Position numbers and translations under genes: made by a program. Positions 51,936 to 62,199 of a stretch of 64,000 nucleotides of DNA are shown one piece after another. The notes under the pieces were generated by a model. The model saw only the letters and a program-made list of their open reading frames with translations, was not told the DNA's origin and searched no databases. How positions within the stretch are numbered: the first letter of the stretch is position 1; every line of letters starts with the position of its first letter. This stretch comes from an uncultured Candidatus Binatia bacterium (lineage in GTDB: Bacteria; Desulfobacterota; Binatia; UBA9968; JAJDTQ01), in contig OZ243916.1 of assembly GCA_965213675.1 (NCBI GenBank), positions 864,001 through 928,000 on the forward strand, read 5' to 3'.

Positions 51936-53104
51936 GCCGGCGCCCCCGTGCCGGCGCGCGCCAGCAACCGCGTGGCCATGTCGGCGACCCGCCCCGGCGC
52001 ACCCGGAGGCCCCAGGCGGCGCCGCACCGCATCGAGTTTCGCCGCCACCGCCCGGTGAACCTCGGGTCGGAGCAGGCGTCGGGTCTCGGCCACGATCCGT
52101 TCAGCCCTGACCTCTCCCTGAATCAACTCGGGCACCACCCGCTCGCCCGCGATGATGTTCACCATGCCGATGTGATCCACCCGAATGAGCAGACGCCCCA
52201 GCCAATAGCTCAGGGGCGACAGTCGATAGGTGATGACCATGGGCTTCTTGAGCAGTCCCGCTTCCAGGGTCGCCGTCCCGGAAGCCACCCACACGAGGTC
52301 CGCCGCCGCCAGCACGTTGTAGGCGTCCCCGTCGGCGATACGCACGGTGAAGGGGGCTTGCGCCACGGCCCGATCCAACGCCCCGCGTTCGATGGTGCTG
52401 GCGCGAATCAGGACGAACTGCACCGCGCGCTCGCCCGCCAGGACCCGCGCGGCCTCCATCATGGGGACGAGGAGCGAGGCCACCTCCTTGCGCCGGCTGC
52501 CGGGCATCATCGCCACCGTCAAGGTCCCGGCGTCCAGTCCCAGCGCCCCCAGGCTCTCGGCGCGCTCCCGGGTCGGGTGGACGACATCCACCAGCGGATG
52601 CCCGACGAAGTTCACCGTCCGGACGCCCGAAGACTTGTACAGGTCCGCCTCGAACGGAAACACCACGGCCATGGCGTCCACGCAAGCGGCGATCTGGCGG
52701 ACGCGGTAGCGGCGCCAGGCCCAGACCTGCGGACTGATGTAGTAGAGCACGGTGATGCCGTGGCGCCGCGCAAGACGCGCCAGCCGCATATTGAATTCAG
52801 GGAAATCGATGAGAATGAGCAACTCCGGGCGGGCGCTCAGCAGCAGGCGCCTCAAGCGCCGGTAGGCCAACCACACCTGACGCAGGCTGCCCAGCACCTC
52901 GGACAACCCGACGCCGGACACCCTGGCGAAGTCATGGACCACGTCCATGCCCGCTTGCCGCAAGCCGGCGCCGCCCATGCCGAAGAGTTCCACCGTCGGG
53001 TGGCGCTGCTTCAGGATTCGCACCAACTCGGCCCCGCGGGCGTCGCCCGAGGCTTCGCCGCACACCAGCATCACACGCTCCGGCGGGGACGCGTGGCGGG
53101 TCAT
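51932..53104 (-). CDS. lpxB: Lipid-A-disaccharide synthase
   Basis: GEASGD, ID.P.FN, SPQVWAWR, VGHP, PGSR and SGTATLE motifs. Confidence 0.96.
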   Translation of the reverse strand: MTRHASPPERVMLVCGEASGDARGAELVRILKQRHPTVELFGMGGAGLRQAGMDVVHDFARVSGVGLSEVLGSLRQVWLAYRRLRRLLLSARPELLILIDFPEFNMRLARLARRHGITVLYYISPQVWAWRRYRVRQIAACVDAMAVVFPFEADLYKSSGVRTVNFVGHPLVDVVHPTRERAESLGALGLDAGTLTVAMMPGSRRKEVASLLVPMMEAARVLAGERAVQFVLIRASTIERGALDRAVAQAPFTVRIADGDAYNVLAAADLVWVASGTATLEAGLLKKPMVITYRLSPLSYWLGRLLIRVDHIGMVNIIAGERVVPELIQGEVRAERIVAETRRLLRPEVHRAVAAKLDAVRRRLGPPGAPGRVADMATRLLARAGTGAPA

Positions 53105-54036
53105 CACAAACGCTCGCTGATGTCGGTGGCGATCCGCAAGGCGTGCAGCCCGTCCTCCCCGCTCACCACCGGCTCTCTGCGGGTGGCCACCGATTCCAGA
53201 AACGATTCGATCTGGTCCTGGAGGGCGTCGCCGTTCCCGGTCACGATGGTCTGTCCCGCGATGCCGTCCCAACCGCGGCTTCGGTCCTCCATCCGGTACA
53301 CCTGCGCCTTCTTGGCGTCATAGTCCAGCGAGATGTAGGCGTCGTGCTGAAAGAAGCGGATCTTGCGCTCGCGCTTCACCGACACCCGGCTGGCGGTGAC
53401 ATTGGCGACACAGCCGTCCTCGAAGCAGATGCGCGCGTTGGCGATGTCCGGCTTGTCCGTGAGCACCGTGACGCCGGTGGCGTCGATCCGGGCCACGGGC
53501 GCGCGCACCAGGCTGGAGATCACGTCGATGTCGTGAATCATCAGGTCCAGCACCACGTCGACGTCCGTACCCCGGGCAATGAAGGGCGCCAGGCGGTGAC
53601 ACTCCACGAACCGCGGCGCCGCAATCACCGACGAGAGTGCGCGCACCACCGGATTGAAGCGCTCCAGGTGCCCCACCTGCAGGATGCGGCCGTGACGACG
53701 CGCGACCTTCACCAGCTCGCAACCATCGGACACCGTCGCGGTGATGGGTTTTTCCACGAGCACGTCGACGCCCGCCTCCAGGCAAGCGCGGGCGACCCGG
53801 TGATGCTCCCGTGTCGGAACCGCGATGCTCACACAGCGCACGCGCTCCAGGATTCGCCGAAAGTCGGCGACCGCGGGCACGCGGTAGTGCGCCCCGGCCT
53901 CCTGCGCGCGCCGTTCGTCGATGTCGGCCACGGCCACCAGCTCGGCCGCGGGCGAAGCCGCGTACTTGGCCGCATGGAGGCTGCCGGCGTAGCCCACGCC
54001 CACCACGCCCACCGGGATGAGACCCCGCCCGTTCAT
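53104..54036 (-). CDS. gnnA: Gfo/Idh/MocA oxidoreductase, probable UDP-GlcNAc 3-dehydrogenase
   Basis: G.G..G, EKP, GHLERFNP, DLMIHD and ASR motifs; located between lpxI and lpxB. Confidence 0.75.
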   Translation of the reverse strand: MNGRGLIPVGVVGVGYAGSLHAAKYAASPAAELVAVADIDERRAQEAGAHYRVPAVADFRRILERVRCVSIAVPTREHHRVARACLEAGVDVLVEKPITATVSDGCELVKVARRHGRILQVGHLERFNPVVRALSSVIAAPRFVECHRLAPFIARGTDVDVVLDLMIHDIDVISSLVRAPVARIDATGVTVLTDKPDIANARICFEDGCVANVTASRVSVKRERKIRFFQHDAYISLDYDAKKAQVYRMEDRSRGWDGIAGQTIVTGNGDALQDQIESFLESVATRREPVVSGEDGLHALRIATDISERL

Positions 54037-54857
54037 TCGGTCTCCAAGGCCACCGCCACCACCGCGATGGCGGCATCGTCGGCCGCCGCCAGCAAGTCAT
54101 CCTTGTCCAGCAGAATCGACCGCCCGCATTCCACCGCGAGCACGCCGCCGCCGGCTTCCCGCAGGACGCCGATGGTGCCCGGGCCGATGGCGGGCACGTC
54201 GAAGCGCAGGTCTTGATCCGGCTTGCTCATCTTCACCACCACGATCCCGCCCTTCGCCATCTCGCCACCGCGGCGGATGGCGGCGTCCGTGCCCTCGATG
54301 GCCTCCACGGCCAGAACGACTCCGTCCTTCAGCACCAAGGTCTGACCAATGCCCATGCGTCCGAGGGTTTTCACCATGGGAATACCCAGACGCACGTCCT
54401 GCCATTGCCCCGCGCTCGGCCCGGTGCGGGTCAAGACCCCCGGCGCCCCGGGGACGATGCGTTCGAGGAAAATCGTCGAAGGCACCACCCGGATGCCCTC
54501 GCCCTCGAGTTCCCCGGCGACCCCGCGCAGGAGGTGGTCGTCGTCCCGCCGCCGCATCCGCGCCAGCAACGCCAGACCCCTGGGATCGGGCCTGAAATTG
54601 GAGAACATGCGCACCTTGCGGATGCCGCCCGCCATGACGGCGTGACGCACTTCGGCCTTGTGGAAGGTCCGGATGATCCGGCCCAACTGCCCCACCTTGA
54701 TCCAGGTGACCTCCGCCGCGCACTGCTCGATCTCCGGGTCCGTCTCCCCGTGATGGGCCACCGCGATGACGCGCACCCCGGCCTGGCGCGCGTTTCGGGC
54801 GAATATCAAGGGAAAGCGGCCGCTACCGGCAATGAGGCCGACCCGGTCCGCGGGCAT
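54033..54857 (-). CDS. lpxI: UDP-2,3-diacylglucosamine diphosphatase LpxI
   Basis: LIAG.G.FP, IGQ, AVEAIEGTD and K..QD.RFD.P.IG motifs. Confidence 0.92.
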   Translation of the reverse strand: MPADRVGLIAGSGRFPLIFARNARQAGVRVIAVAHHGETDPEIEQCAAEVTWIKVGQLGRIIRTFHKAEVRHAVMAGGIRKVRMFSNFRPDPRGLALLARMRRRDDDHLLRGVAGELEGEGIRVVPSTIFLERIVPGAPGVLTRTGPSAGQWQDVRLGIPMVKTLGRMGIGQTLVLKDGVVLAVEAIEGTDAAIRRGGEMAKGGIVVVKMSKPDQDLRFDVPAIGPGTIGVLREAGGGVLAVECGRSILLDKDDLLAAADDAAIAVVAVALETE

Positions 54858-54871
54858 TTCCGCAAACCGGC

Positions 54872-55648
54872 TCAGCGGCAGATCCCCCGCCTGGAGCCTT
54901 CCACGAAGTCGATCATCTGCTCCACTTCCCGGGTCCGCGGCACCTCCGCGCGCACCCGCGCCAGCGCATCACCAACCCGCAACCCGGACCGGAAAAGGAT
55001 GCGGTACGTCCGCTGCAACGCATCCACGCGGCTCTTGTCGAGCCCCTGCCGGCGCAGCCCTTCGACGTTGAGGCCGCGCAGCTTCACGCGGTCCCCCGTG
55101 GCGTTGCAGTACGGCGGCACGTCCTTGGAGACCATGGAGCCCGCGCCGACGATGGCGCCGCTGCCGATGGCGACGAACTGATGCACGCCCACCAAGGCGC
55201 CGATGACCGTCCGGTCCCCGACACGCACGTGGCCGCCGAGCATGGCTCCGTTGGCGACGATGTTGTCATCGCCGACAATGCAGTCATGGGCGATGTGGCT
55301 TTGCATCATCAAGAGGTTCCGGTGCCCTACCCGTGTAAGCATCCCGCCGCCGCGGGTCCCCGGGTTCAGGGATGTGAATTCGCGGATGGTGTTCCCGTCA
55401 CCGATGACCAGGCGGCTGTCCTCGCCCTCGTACTTGAGGTCCTGCGGAACGGAGCCCAGGGTCGCAAAGGGGTGGATGACGTTGTCCCGGCCGATGGCCG
55501 TATTCCCCTGAACCGCCACGTGGGATGCCATGCGCGTCCCCCTGCCGACGCTCACCCCCGGCCCGACGACCGCATACGGCCCGATTTCGACGTCGTCGTC
55601 GAATTGCGCGGCCGCATCCACCACCGCGGTGGGATGCACCCGGACCAT
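54872..55648 (-). CDS. lpxA: UDP-GlcNAc O-acyltransferase
   Basis: Hexapeptide repeats, PQDLKY, IRE, HIAHDC, VHQF and DVPPY. Confidence 0.96.
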   Translation of the reverse strand: MVRVHPTAVVDAAAQFDDDVEIGPYAVVGPGVSVGRGTRMASHVAVQGNTAIGRDNVIHPFATLGSVPQDLKYEGEDSRLVIGDGNTIREFTSLNPGTRGGGMLTRVGHRNLLMMQSHIAHDCIVGDDNIVANGAMLGGHVRVGDRTVIGALVGVHQFVAIGSGAIVGAGSMVSKDVPPYCNATGDRVKLRGLNVEGLRRQGLDKSRVDALQRTYRILFRSGLRVGDALARVRAEVPRTREVEQMIDFVEGSRRGICR

Positions 55649-55675
55649 GCTCCTCCCCTCAGCGGCGCGCCCGCG

Positions 55676-56104
55676 TCACACGGGCATTTCCATGGCGGAC
55701 AACTCCGCCTCCGCCACGCGCCGCCCGTCAACCGTCGCATGCGCGGTGAGGCGCCAATAGTGCTTGCGCCGCCGCGCTATTTCCAACTCGATGCGCAACT
55801 GATCGCCCGGCTCCACCGGTTGCTTGAACTTCACCCGGTCGAGACCGGTGAGAACGAAGACCCCGTTCGACGCCTGGTCGCTGCAACGCGCGAGGATGGC
55901 GCCCGCCTGCGCCATGGCTTCGCAGATCAGCACGCCCGGCATGATGGGCTTTTCCGGGAAATGGCCCTGGAAGAAGCTCTCGTTGATGCTGACGTTCTTG
56001 AGGGTCACGATGCGCCGGTCGGGTTCGATCTCCACGACCCGATCCACCAGCAGAAACGGATAGCGATGCGGGATCAGCTTGCGAATCTCGGTTACGTCCA
56101 TCAT
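55676..56104 (-). CDS. fabZ: 3-hydroxyacyl-ACP dehydratase
   Basis: PHRYPFLLVDR and F.GHFP..PIMPGVL..EAMAQ motifs. Confidence 0.97.
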   Translation of the reverse strand: MMDVTEIRKLIPHRYPFLLVDRVVEIEPDRRIVTLKNVSINESFFQGHFPEKPIMPGVLICEAMAQAGAILARCSDQASNGVFVLTGLDRVKFKQPVEPGDQLRIELEIARRRKHYWRLTAHATVDGRRVAEAELSAMEMPV

Positions 56105-56108
56105 CTCG

Positions 56109-57164
56109 CTACCGGACCTCCTTGTCCTCCGAAGAGGCCGTCAAACGCAACGCGCGCTCGATTCCGGCGACCCGCCGCCAGAGCGCGGGCAGCTTCGGGA
56201 GCAGTCGGACCACCCTGAGCCAATCCTTGTGCGGCGCGGCCAGAATCAGCCCGGACAGCACGGAACCGGGAGGCACCGAACGCATGATCGTACTCCGGGG
56301 TCCGATCACCGAGCGGGAGCCCACCTCCACGTGGTCCGATACGCCCGCCTGTCCGGCCAGCACCACGTCGTCGCCCAGCACCGCACTGCCGGCGATGCCC
56401 GTCTGGGCAACGATCAGACAGCGTTCGCCCACCACCACATTGTGCCCTATCTGCACCAGATTATCGATCTTCGTGTCCGCCCCGATGCGGGTGCGGCCGA
56501 TGGTCGCCCGATCGATGGTGGTGTTGGCGCCGATCTCCACGCGGTCGCCGACCTCCACGATCCCGGCCTGCGGCACCTTGAGACGCCGCGGTCCGTGGCC
56601 CGCGTAGCCGAAGCCGTCACTGCCGATGACCACGCCCGCATGAAGAATGACGCCGTCGCCGATCCGGCAACCCTCCGCCACCGTCACGTTGGGATGCAAG
56701 ACGCAACAACGACCGAGCCGCGCCCCGGCCCCGATGGACACACCCGGCATCAGCACGGTCCCCTCGCCGACCCGGGCGCCGTTCCCCACATGACAGTGCG
56801 GATAAAGGCTGGCGTTCGCTTCGATGACAGCGGATGGATCGACGGCGGCCAAGGGGCTGACGCCCGCCGCGTGCACGGCAGGGGGGTTGAACAACGCGTG
56901 GATGCGCACGAACGCCCGTTGGGGATCGTCGACGTGAAGCAGGTTCAGCGACGCGTCCGCGCTCAGGTCCGGAGCCACGATGACCGCGCTGGCCTTGCTG
57001 GCGGCCAAGTGAGGCTTGTAGCGCGGGTGGGCCACGAAGGTGATGTCCCCCGGCCCGGCGTCCTCGATGGGCGACACCCTCTCGATGGTGACGTCGGGGT
57101 CGCCCACCACCCGTCCGCCAACGAGATCCGCGAGCTCGGCGAGCGATTTGCCTGAGGTGGTCAC
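56109..57164 (-). CDS. lpxD: UDP-3-O-acyl-glucosamine N-acyltransferase
   Basis: GSDGFGY, VEIGANTTIDR and KIDNLVQI.HN motifs. Confidence 0.96.
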   Translation of the reverse strand: MTTSGKSLAELADLVGGRVVGDPDVTIERVSPIEDAGPGDITFVAHPRYKPHLAASKASAVIVAPDLSADASLNLLHVDDPQRAFVRIHALFNPPAVHAAGVSPLAAVDPSAVIEANASLYPHCHVGNGARVGEGTVLMPGVSIGAGARLGRCCVLHPNVTVAEGCRIGDGVILHAGVVIGSDGFGYAGHGPRRLKVPQAGIVEVGDRVEIGANTTIDRATIGRTRIGADTKIDNLVQIGHNVVVGERCLIVAQTGIAGSAVLGDDVVLAGQAGVSDHVEVGSRSVIGPRSTIMRSVPPGSVLSGLILAAPHKDWLRVVRLLPKLPALWRRVAGIERALRLTASSEDKEVR

Positions 57165-57697
57165 CTGTCCTGGTCGGTCTTGCCGGTAGTCTTCTGAAAG
57201 CGTTCGTCGTAAAGCTTGATCACATCGTCGGTGACGTCCGTTCCCTTGTCGGTGTAGAGAAGCTGGCTTCGTTCCAGAATCATCGAGAACTTCCCGGTCT
57301 TGCCCATCTCCGCGATGATCTTTTGCAGGTCCTTCAGGATTCCGTCGGTAATCTCGCGCTCCCGCAGGGCCAGTTCTTCCTGCATGTCGCGCTTGTCGCG
57401 CTCGTAGTCGCGCACACGGCGCTGGAACCGGAGCTGCGCCTTGGCCCGCTCGCTTTCCTTCATCAGGACGCCTTGCTTCTGCAAGTCCCGCTGCTCCTTC
57501 TCAATGGCCTGCTGCTCCCTCAGCAATGCGTCCTGTTTGTCCTTGACCGAGACCTGAAACTGCGCGCGCGCGCTCTTGCCGCGCTCGGACAGGCTGATGG
57601 CCCTCTGAAGATTGACGAAACCGATCTTGAGTTCCTGGCCCCAGGCGGGGGCAAGAAACAGCGTCATCAAGAGAACCAAGCAGACTCGGATCACCAT
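57161..57697 (-). CDS. skp: OmpH/Skp periplasmic chaperone
   Basis: Signal peptide, KIGFVN, coiled coil and DVT..V; between bamA and lpxD. Confidence 0.9.
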   Translation of the reverse strand: MVIRVCLVLLMTLFLAPAWGQELKIGFVNLQRAISLSERGKSARAQFQVSVKDKQDALLREQQAIEKEQRDLQKQGVLMKESERAKAQLRFQRRVRDYERDKRDMQEELALREREITDGILKDLQKIIAEMGKTGKFSMILERSQLLYTDKGTDVTDDVIKLYDERFQKTTGKTDQDR

Positions 57698-57741
57698 TAC
57701 CTCCTGGAAGAATCGCGCTCGCAATGCGTCCGGGTGTCGCG

Positions 57742-60114
57742 TCACAAACCGCCCAAGGCTCCGAACGCGAAACCGAGCAGTTCCTTGCGGTCAGTGGGCT
57801 CCGCGTTCACCGGGAACGCCCAACTCAGTCTGATCGGCCCGATGGGCGACTGCCACTGCATCGCCAGTCCCACCGAACGCTTCAGATCCTCGATGTGGAT
57901 GTTCTGTGACGGCCCGAACGCCTGTCCCTGATCGAAGAAAAGGGAGCCCCGGAACCCCCATTGATCCGCGATGGGAAAGTGCAACTCGCTCTTGAGGATG
58001 AGCTGCTTGTCGCCGCCCACGGCCTCGGGGTCTTCGCAATCGGGCTGGTCCTTGGGGCACTCCCGCGGACCGAGGGTACGATACTCGTACCCGCGCACCG
58101 AATTGATGCCGCCCGCGAAGTAGCGTTCGAACAGCGGCAGGTCCCGGTCCGTCCAGGAGTCCCCGTAGCCGATACGGCCTCCCAGCATCAGGGCGAAGCG
58201 CTTGCCCCAATCGAAATTCGCGAGAATGGGATAGTACCAGACGACGGACAGGTCGTTGCGTATGAAGCGGTTGTCTCCCCCGAGTCCAGCCAACTTGACG
58301 GACATCGTGGAACGCGTCCCCGCGGTGGGAGAAAAAAAGTGGTTGCGCGTGTCGTAGGAGAGCCTCGGCGTGACCGCGCTTGTGGTGGATGCGCCCGGCT
58401 CGATGCTCAACGGCGCGTCGTTATCCACGTCCGTGACCTTGGCGCGAAAGAAGGTATAGCCAATGCCGCCGTTCAGGTGATCCAGGATGGAGAACCCCGG
58501 TTCCAGGTCCGGATCGTCGCTGCGCCAGAGGTCCGCGCGGCGTCCGAAATACGGCAGGCGAACGTACCGCAACGGAGCACTGACCCGGGTTTCGAATCCG
58601 GTCCGCCGGTTGGTCCACGTGGCGTATTCCGCCGTGGTGTGAAACACGTCGAGACCCAGATCCGCGCGGCTGCCAAAAACGCGCGGCTCCACAACGCCCA
58701 GGACAACGTCCTGGTCGGTGCCACTCAAGGTGAGATCCGCCGACACACGCCGTCCGGTGCCGAACAGGTTGCGTTCCTCCAGCGAGGTGCGGAAGGAGAA
58801 CCCGCTGGCGGTGCTGTAGCCCGCGCCGACGCTGAAGGAGCCGGTGGGCGCTTCCTCCACCTTCACCAGCAGATTGACCCGGTCCTCCCGATCGGACTTC
58901 TCTGTGGACACGGTGACGTCCTTGAAAAAACCCGTGCGCAACAGAACGTTGCGGCTCTCCCGGACCCGGGCGGACGAAAACCGCGCCTCTTCCGCCACTT
59001 CGAGCTGACGCCGGATCACCTTGTCCCGGGTCTTGACGTTGCCGGTGATCCGGACCTCGTCGAAGTAGACCAGCGGTCCCTGCTCGATGATGTAGGCCAC
59101 ATTCACCAACCGGTCCTCGACGTTGAAGCGTGTCCGCGGCGTCACCTCGGCAAAGGCGTAGCCGCGTTCCAGGTAGCGTTCCTGCAACGCGGTCACGTCG
59201 CTTAGCAGCCGGCTTCGGCGAAAGACTTGTCCCGAGGTGAGGCTGACCCGTTCCAGCAGCCGCTCGGGCACGCGCCCGATATCCCCGCCGACCTTCACTT
59301 CTCCGACGCGGTAGCGCTCGCCTTCCTGGATGCGGATCACCACCTCCAGGCCTTCGCCCCGAGGCAGGACGATGGGCTCGTCGATCTTGTGGTCCACGAA
59401 TCCATGGTCGTAGTACAACGACGACAACTGCGCGGTGTCGTTGGTCAGGACGTCGGGATCCAGGCGGCCGCGGCTGGTGAAGGGAATGAACCACCGCTCC
59501 TTCGTGTCCATGACGTCTTTCAGCTCGTCTTCGGTGAAGGCCCGGTTGCCCTCGAAGGTGATCTTGTGGATCAGCAGCGTCTCGCCTTCGACGATGCTCA
59601 AGGTCACGAGGGTCTGGTTGTTCTCCGCCGGGGTGAGGGTGTAGTCCACACGGGTGTTGACGTGTCCAGCCTCGCTGTAGAGCCGCAGCACCCGTTGCAG
59701 CCCCTCCTGCAAACGCGCGCTGTCCAGGGCCGTGCGTAGCTGGACTCCCAAGGCCGCTTCGATGTCTTCCTCGGACACCTTGTCGTTGCCCACGATCCGG
59801 ACTTCCCTCACGTAGGGGCGTTCCTTCACCGTGTAGGTCAGAACGCCGGCGGCGGAGAAATCCGCGCTCACGTCATCGAAAAGACCCATGCGGTAGATGG
59901 CCTTGACATCCCGGTCCACCATCCCGGCGTCCAACGCTTCACCCGGGCGCGTCTGAATGCTCAACCGGATGGCGTCTTCCTCCACCCTCAGGTGGCCCGC
60001 AACGCGAACCTCCGCAACCAGCGACTGGGCCACGGCTGAACCTTGCCAACCGACAATACCGCACAGCACGGCCAGAAGCGCCGCGACGATTTTTCCCCCA
60101 ATAGTGATTCGCAT
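57742..60114 (-). CDS. bamA: Outer membrane protein assembly factor BamA
   Basis: POTRA repeats, GN.KTRDKVIRR, E.NLFGTG, VRGY and SPIGP motifs. Confidence 0.95.
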   Translation of the reverse strand: MRITIGGKIVAALLAVLCGIVGWQGSAVAQSLVAEVRVAGHLRVEEDAIRLSIQTRPGEALDAGMVDRDVKAIYRMGLFDDVSADFSAAGVLTYTVKERPYVREVRIVGNDKVSEEDIEAALGVQLRTALDSARLQEGLQRVLRLYSEAGHVNTRVDYTLTPAENNQTLVTLSIVEGETLLIHKITFEGNRAFTEDELKDVMDTKERWFIPFTSRGRLDPDVLTNDTAQLSSLYYDHGFVDHKIDEPIVLPRGEGLEVVIRIQEGERYRVGEVKVGGDIGRVPERLLERVSLTSGQVFRRSRLLSDVTALQERYLERGYAFAEVTPRTRFNVEDRLVNVAYIIEQGPLVYFDEVRITGNVKTRDKVIRRQLEVAEEARFSSARVRESRNVLLRTGFFKDVTVSTEKSDREDRVNLLVKVEEAPTGSFSVGAGYSTASGFSFRTSLEERNLFGTGRRVSADLTLSGTDQDVVLGVVEPRVFGSRADLGLDVFHTTAEYATWTNRRTGFETRVSAPLRYVRLPYFGRRADLWRSDDPDLEPGFSILDHLNGGIGYTFFRAKVTDVDNDAPLSIEPGASTTSAVTPRLSYDTRNHFFSPTAGTRSTMSVKLAGLGGDNRFIRNDLSVVWYYPILANFDWGKRFALMLGGRIGYGDSWTDRDLPLFERYFAGGINSVRGYEYRTLGPRECPKDQPDCEDPEAVGGDKQLILKSELHFPIADQWGFRGSLFFDQGQAFGPSQNIHIEDLKRSVGLAMQWQSPIGPIRLSWAFPVNAEPTDRKELLGFAFGALGGL

Positions 60115-60246
60115 GGTTCAATACACCGAAAAGGCATGCATCGCGCAATGTCCTGCTACCAAGTTCCCAAGCTGTTGTAAAGCGTGCCGGAACGCCCGCA
60201 AACGCCGCCGCGGCCGCGTCCCGCGGTCGCCCAGGCCGGGGCCGCC

Positions 60247-60273
60247 GCAGGGCGACCGCCGGTTGTCCCTACA
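60247..60273 (-). repeat. GTAG-type REP-like element overlapping the lolD stop
   Basis: TGTAGGGACAACCGGCGGTCGCCCTGC on the minus strand. Confidence 0.55.
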
Positions 60274-60946
60274 ATGGGAACAGACGGCCCTGGCGCAGCT
60301 CGAGAAGACGGTTCATGCGGCCCGCGAGATGACGGTTGTGAGTCGTGACGATCAGACCCAGGCCGCGCTCTTCGTTGAGGCCGCAGAGCAGGTCCTCGAT
60401 CTCGCCCGCGGTGCCGGGATCCAGGTTGCCCGTGGGCTCGTCGGCGAGCATGAGCCGCGGCCCCAGGATCAGCGCGCGCGCGATGGCCACCCGCTGTTGT
60501 TCCCCGCCGGACAACTCTCCGGGCCGATGTGTCAGCCGATGCGCCAGACCCACGGCCTCCAGCAACTCCAGCGCCGCCGCCCGCGCCCGGGAGCGCTCCC
60601 AACGCGCGATCAGCGCCGGCATCATGACGTTCTCCAAGGCATTGAAGTCAGGCAGCAGGTGGTGGAACTGGAAGACGAAGCCGATGGCGCGGTTGCGCAG
60701 CGCGGAGATCTCATCGTCGCTCCAGCCGGTGACGTCGCGTCCCTCGTAGCGCAGCGTCCCCCGGTCGGCCCGGTCGAGGGTGCCGACGATGTACAACAGC
60801 GTGCTCTTGCCCACGCCGGACTCGCCGATGATGGCGAGCCGCTCGCCTTGTTGCAACTCCAGGTCCAGATTCGCGAGCACGTCCACGCGCCGGTCGCCGC
60901 TGGTGTAGCACTTGACCAGTCCGCGTATTTCGATCAGCGCCGACAT
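60269..60946 (-). CDS. lolD: Lipoprotein-releasing ABC transporter ATPase
   Basis: [18 protein letters not shown] (LolD motif), LSGGE.QR and DEPTGNLD. Confidence 0.92.
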   Translation of the reverse strand: MSALIEIRGLVKCYTSGDRRVDVLANLDLELQQGERLAIIGESGVGKSTLLYIVGTLDRADRGTLRYEGRDVTGWSDDEISALRNRAIGFVFQFHHLLPDFNALENVMMPALIARWERSRARAAALELLEAVGLAHRLTHRPGELSGGEQQRVAIARALILGPRLMLADEPTGNLDPGTAGEIEDLLCGLNEERGLGLIVTTHNRHLAGRMNRLLELRQGRLFPL

Positions 60947-60952
60947 GTCCGC

Positions 60953-62197
60953 CTACTCGTACCGGATCACGTCCACGGGATGAAGCCGCGCCGCCTGCCG
61001 CGCGGGATAGAGGCTGGCGAGACAACAGATGACGAGGGACACCAGCGCCACCACGGCGAAATAAAGCGGCGAGATGCTCACCGGAACCGTGGAGACCACG
61101 AAGACGTCATCGGGCAGATCGATGAACTGGTAGCGCTCGATCAGCCGCGCCAGCACGTAGCCGAAGACCACGCCGAGCGCCGTGCCGGCGGCGCCGATGA
61201 TCCAACCCTTCAGCAGGAAGATCCAGCGGATGCTGCCGCGGGACGCCCCCATGGAGCGCAGCACCGCGATGTCCTTGCGCTTCTCCATCACCACCATGAT
61301 GAGGGTCGAGACGATGTTGAAGGCCGCGATGAGCACCATGAGCAGCAGCACCAGGAAATAGACCGTCTTCTCCAGGCGCAGCGCGGCAAACAGGTTGGGC
61401 CACAGGCGCGTCCAGTCCTCCACCCGGTAGCGCTCGCCGACATCGTCCTGGATACCGGCGGCGATGGCATGGGCGTCATCCACTTCCGTGACCGTGATCT
61501 CGATGCTGGTGGCGACCTTGCCCACGCCGAAGAAATCCTGGGCCGCCGGAAGGCTGAGGAACGCCAGGCCGCTGTCGTACTCGCGCATGCCCGAATCGAA
61601 GATGCCCACCACGGCAAATCGCCGGATGCGCGGGATGATGCCCACGGCGGTGGGGCTGCCTATGGGAGACACCGCCTGCAGCGCATCCCCCCGTCCGGCC
61701 CCGAGCTGCTCCGCCAGCCGATCGCCGATGATGATGCCCGGGAGTTGCAGTTCCCGGCCGCCCACGGTCACGGGGGTGCGCGCCTTGAGATCGTCCAGGC
61801 GTCCCTCCCGCAGATGTTCCTCGATCTCCACGCTGGAACGGTCCGGGTCGATGCCGCGCACGACCACGCCCGACACGCGGTTCCGGGACGTGAGAATGAT
61901 GTGACCGGTGAGCATGGGCGCGGCGGAGACGACGTCATCGCGCTCACTCACGCGCCCGGCGAGATCCTCGTAAGCCCGCAGATAGCTGGCCGGCCTGACC
62001 AGGAGCACATGGGCGTTGAGGCCCAGGAGCCGGTCGCGCAGCACCTCTTCGAAGCCGGTCATCACCGCGATCACCACGTTCAGGGTGATCACCGCGATCA
62101 TCACTCCGAGCACGGAGATCACCGTGAGCAGGGAAATGAACCGCTCGCTGCGCCGGGCGCGCAGATAACGCAGCCCCACGAACAACTCGTACGGCAT
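60953..62197 (-). CDS. lolE: Lipoprotein-releasing ABC transporter permease (LolC/E)
   Basis: RYLR, V.AVM.GF, AAFNI.STL, IA.LR.MGA and YPA motifs. Confidence 0.9.
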   Translation of the reverse strand: MPYELFVGLRYLRARRSERFISLLTVISVLGVMIAVITLNVVIAVMTGFEEVLRDRLLGLNAHVLLVRPASYLRAYEDLAGRVSERDDVVSAAPMLTGHIILTSRNRVSGVVVRGIDPDRSSVEIEEHLREGRLDDLKARTPVTVGGRELQLPGIIIGDRLAEQLGAGRGDALQAVSPIGSPTAVGIIPRIRRFAVVGIFDSGMREYDSGLAFLSLPAAQDFFGVGKVATSIEITVTEVDDAHAIAAGIQDDVGERYRVEDWTRLWPNLFAALRLEKTVYFLVLLLMVLIAAFNIVSTLIMVVMEKRKDIAVLRSMGASRGSIRWIFLLKGWIIGAAGTALGVVFGYVLARLIERYQFIDLPDDVFVVSTVPVSISPLYFAVVALVSLVICCLASLYPARQAARLHPVDVIRYE

Positions 62198-62199
62198 GG

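Noticed and set aside
49968-52058. Long antisense or alternative-frame ORFs (also 59957-62332, 43120-45174, 6371-8539, 36850-38526, 20823-22439)
   Set aside because: Shadow ORFs of well-identified genes in high-GC DNA, with no recognisable motifs.
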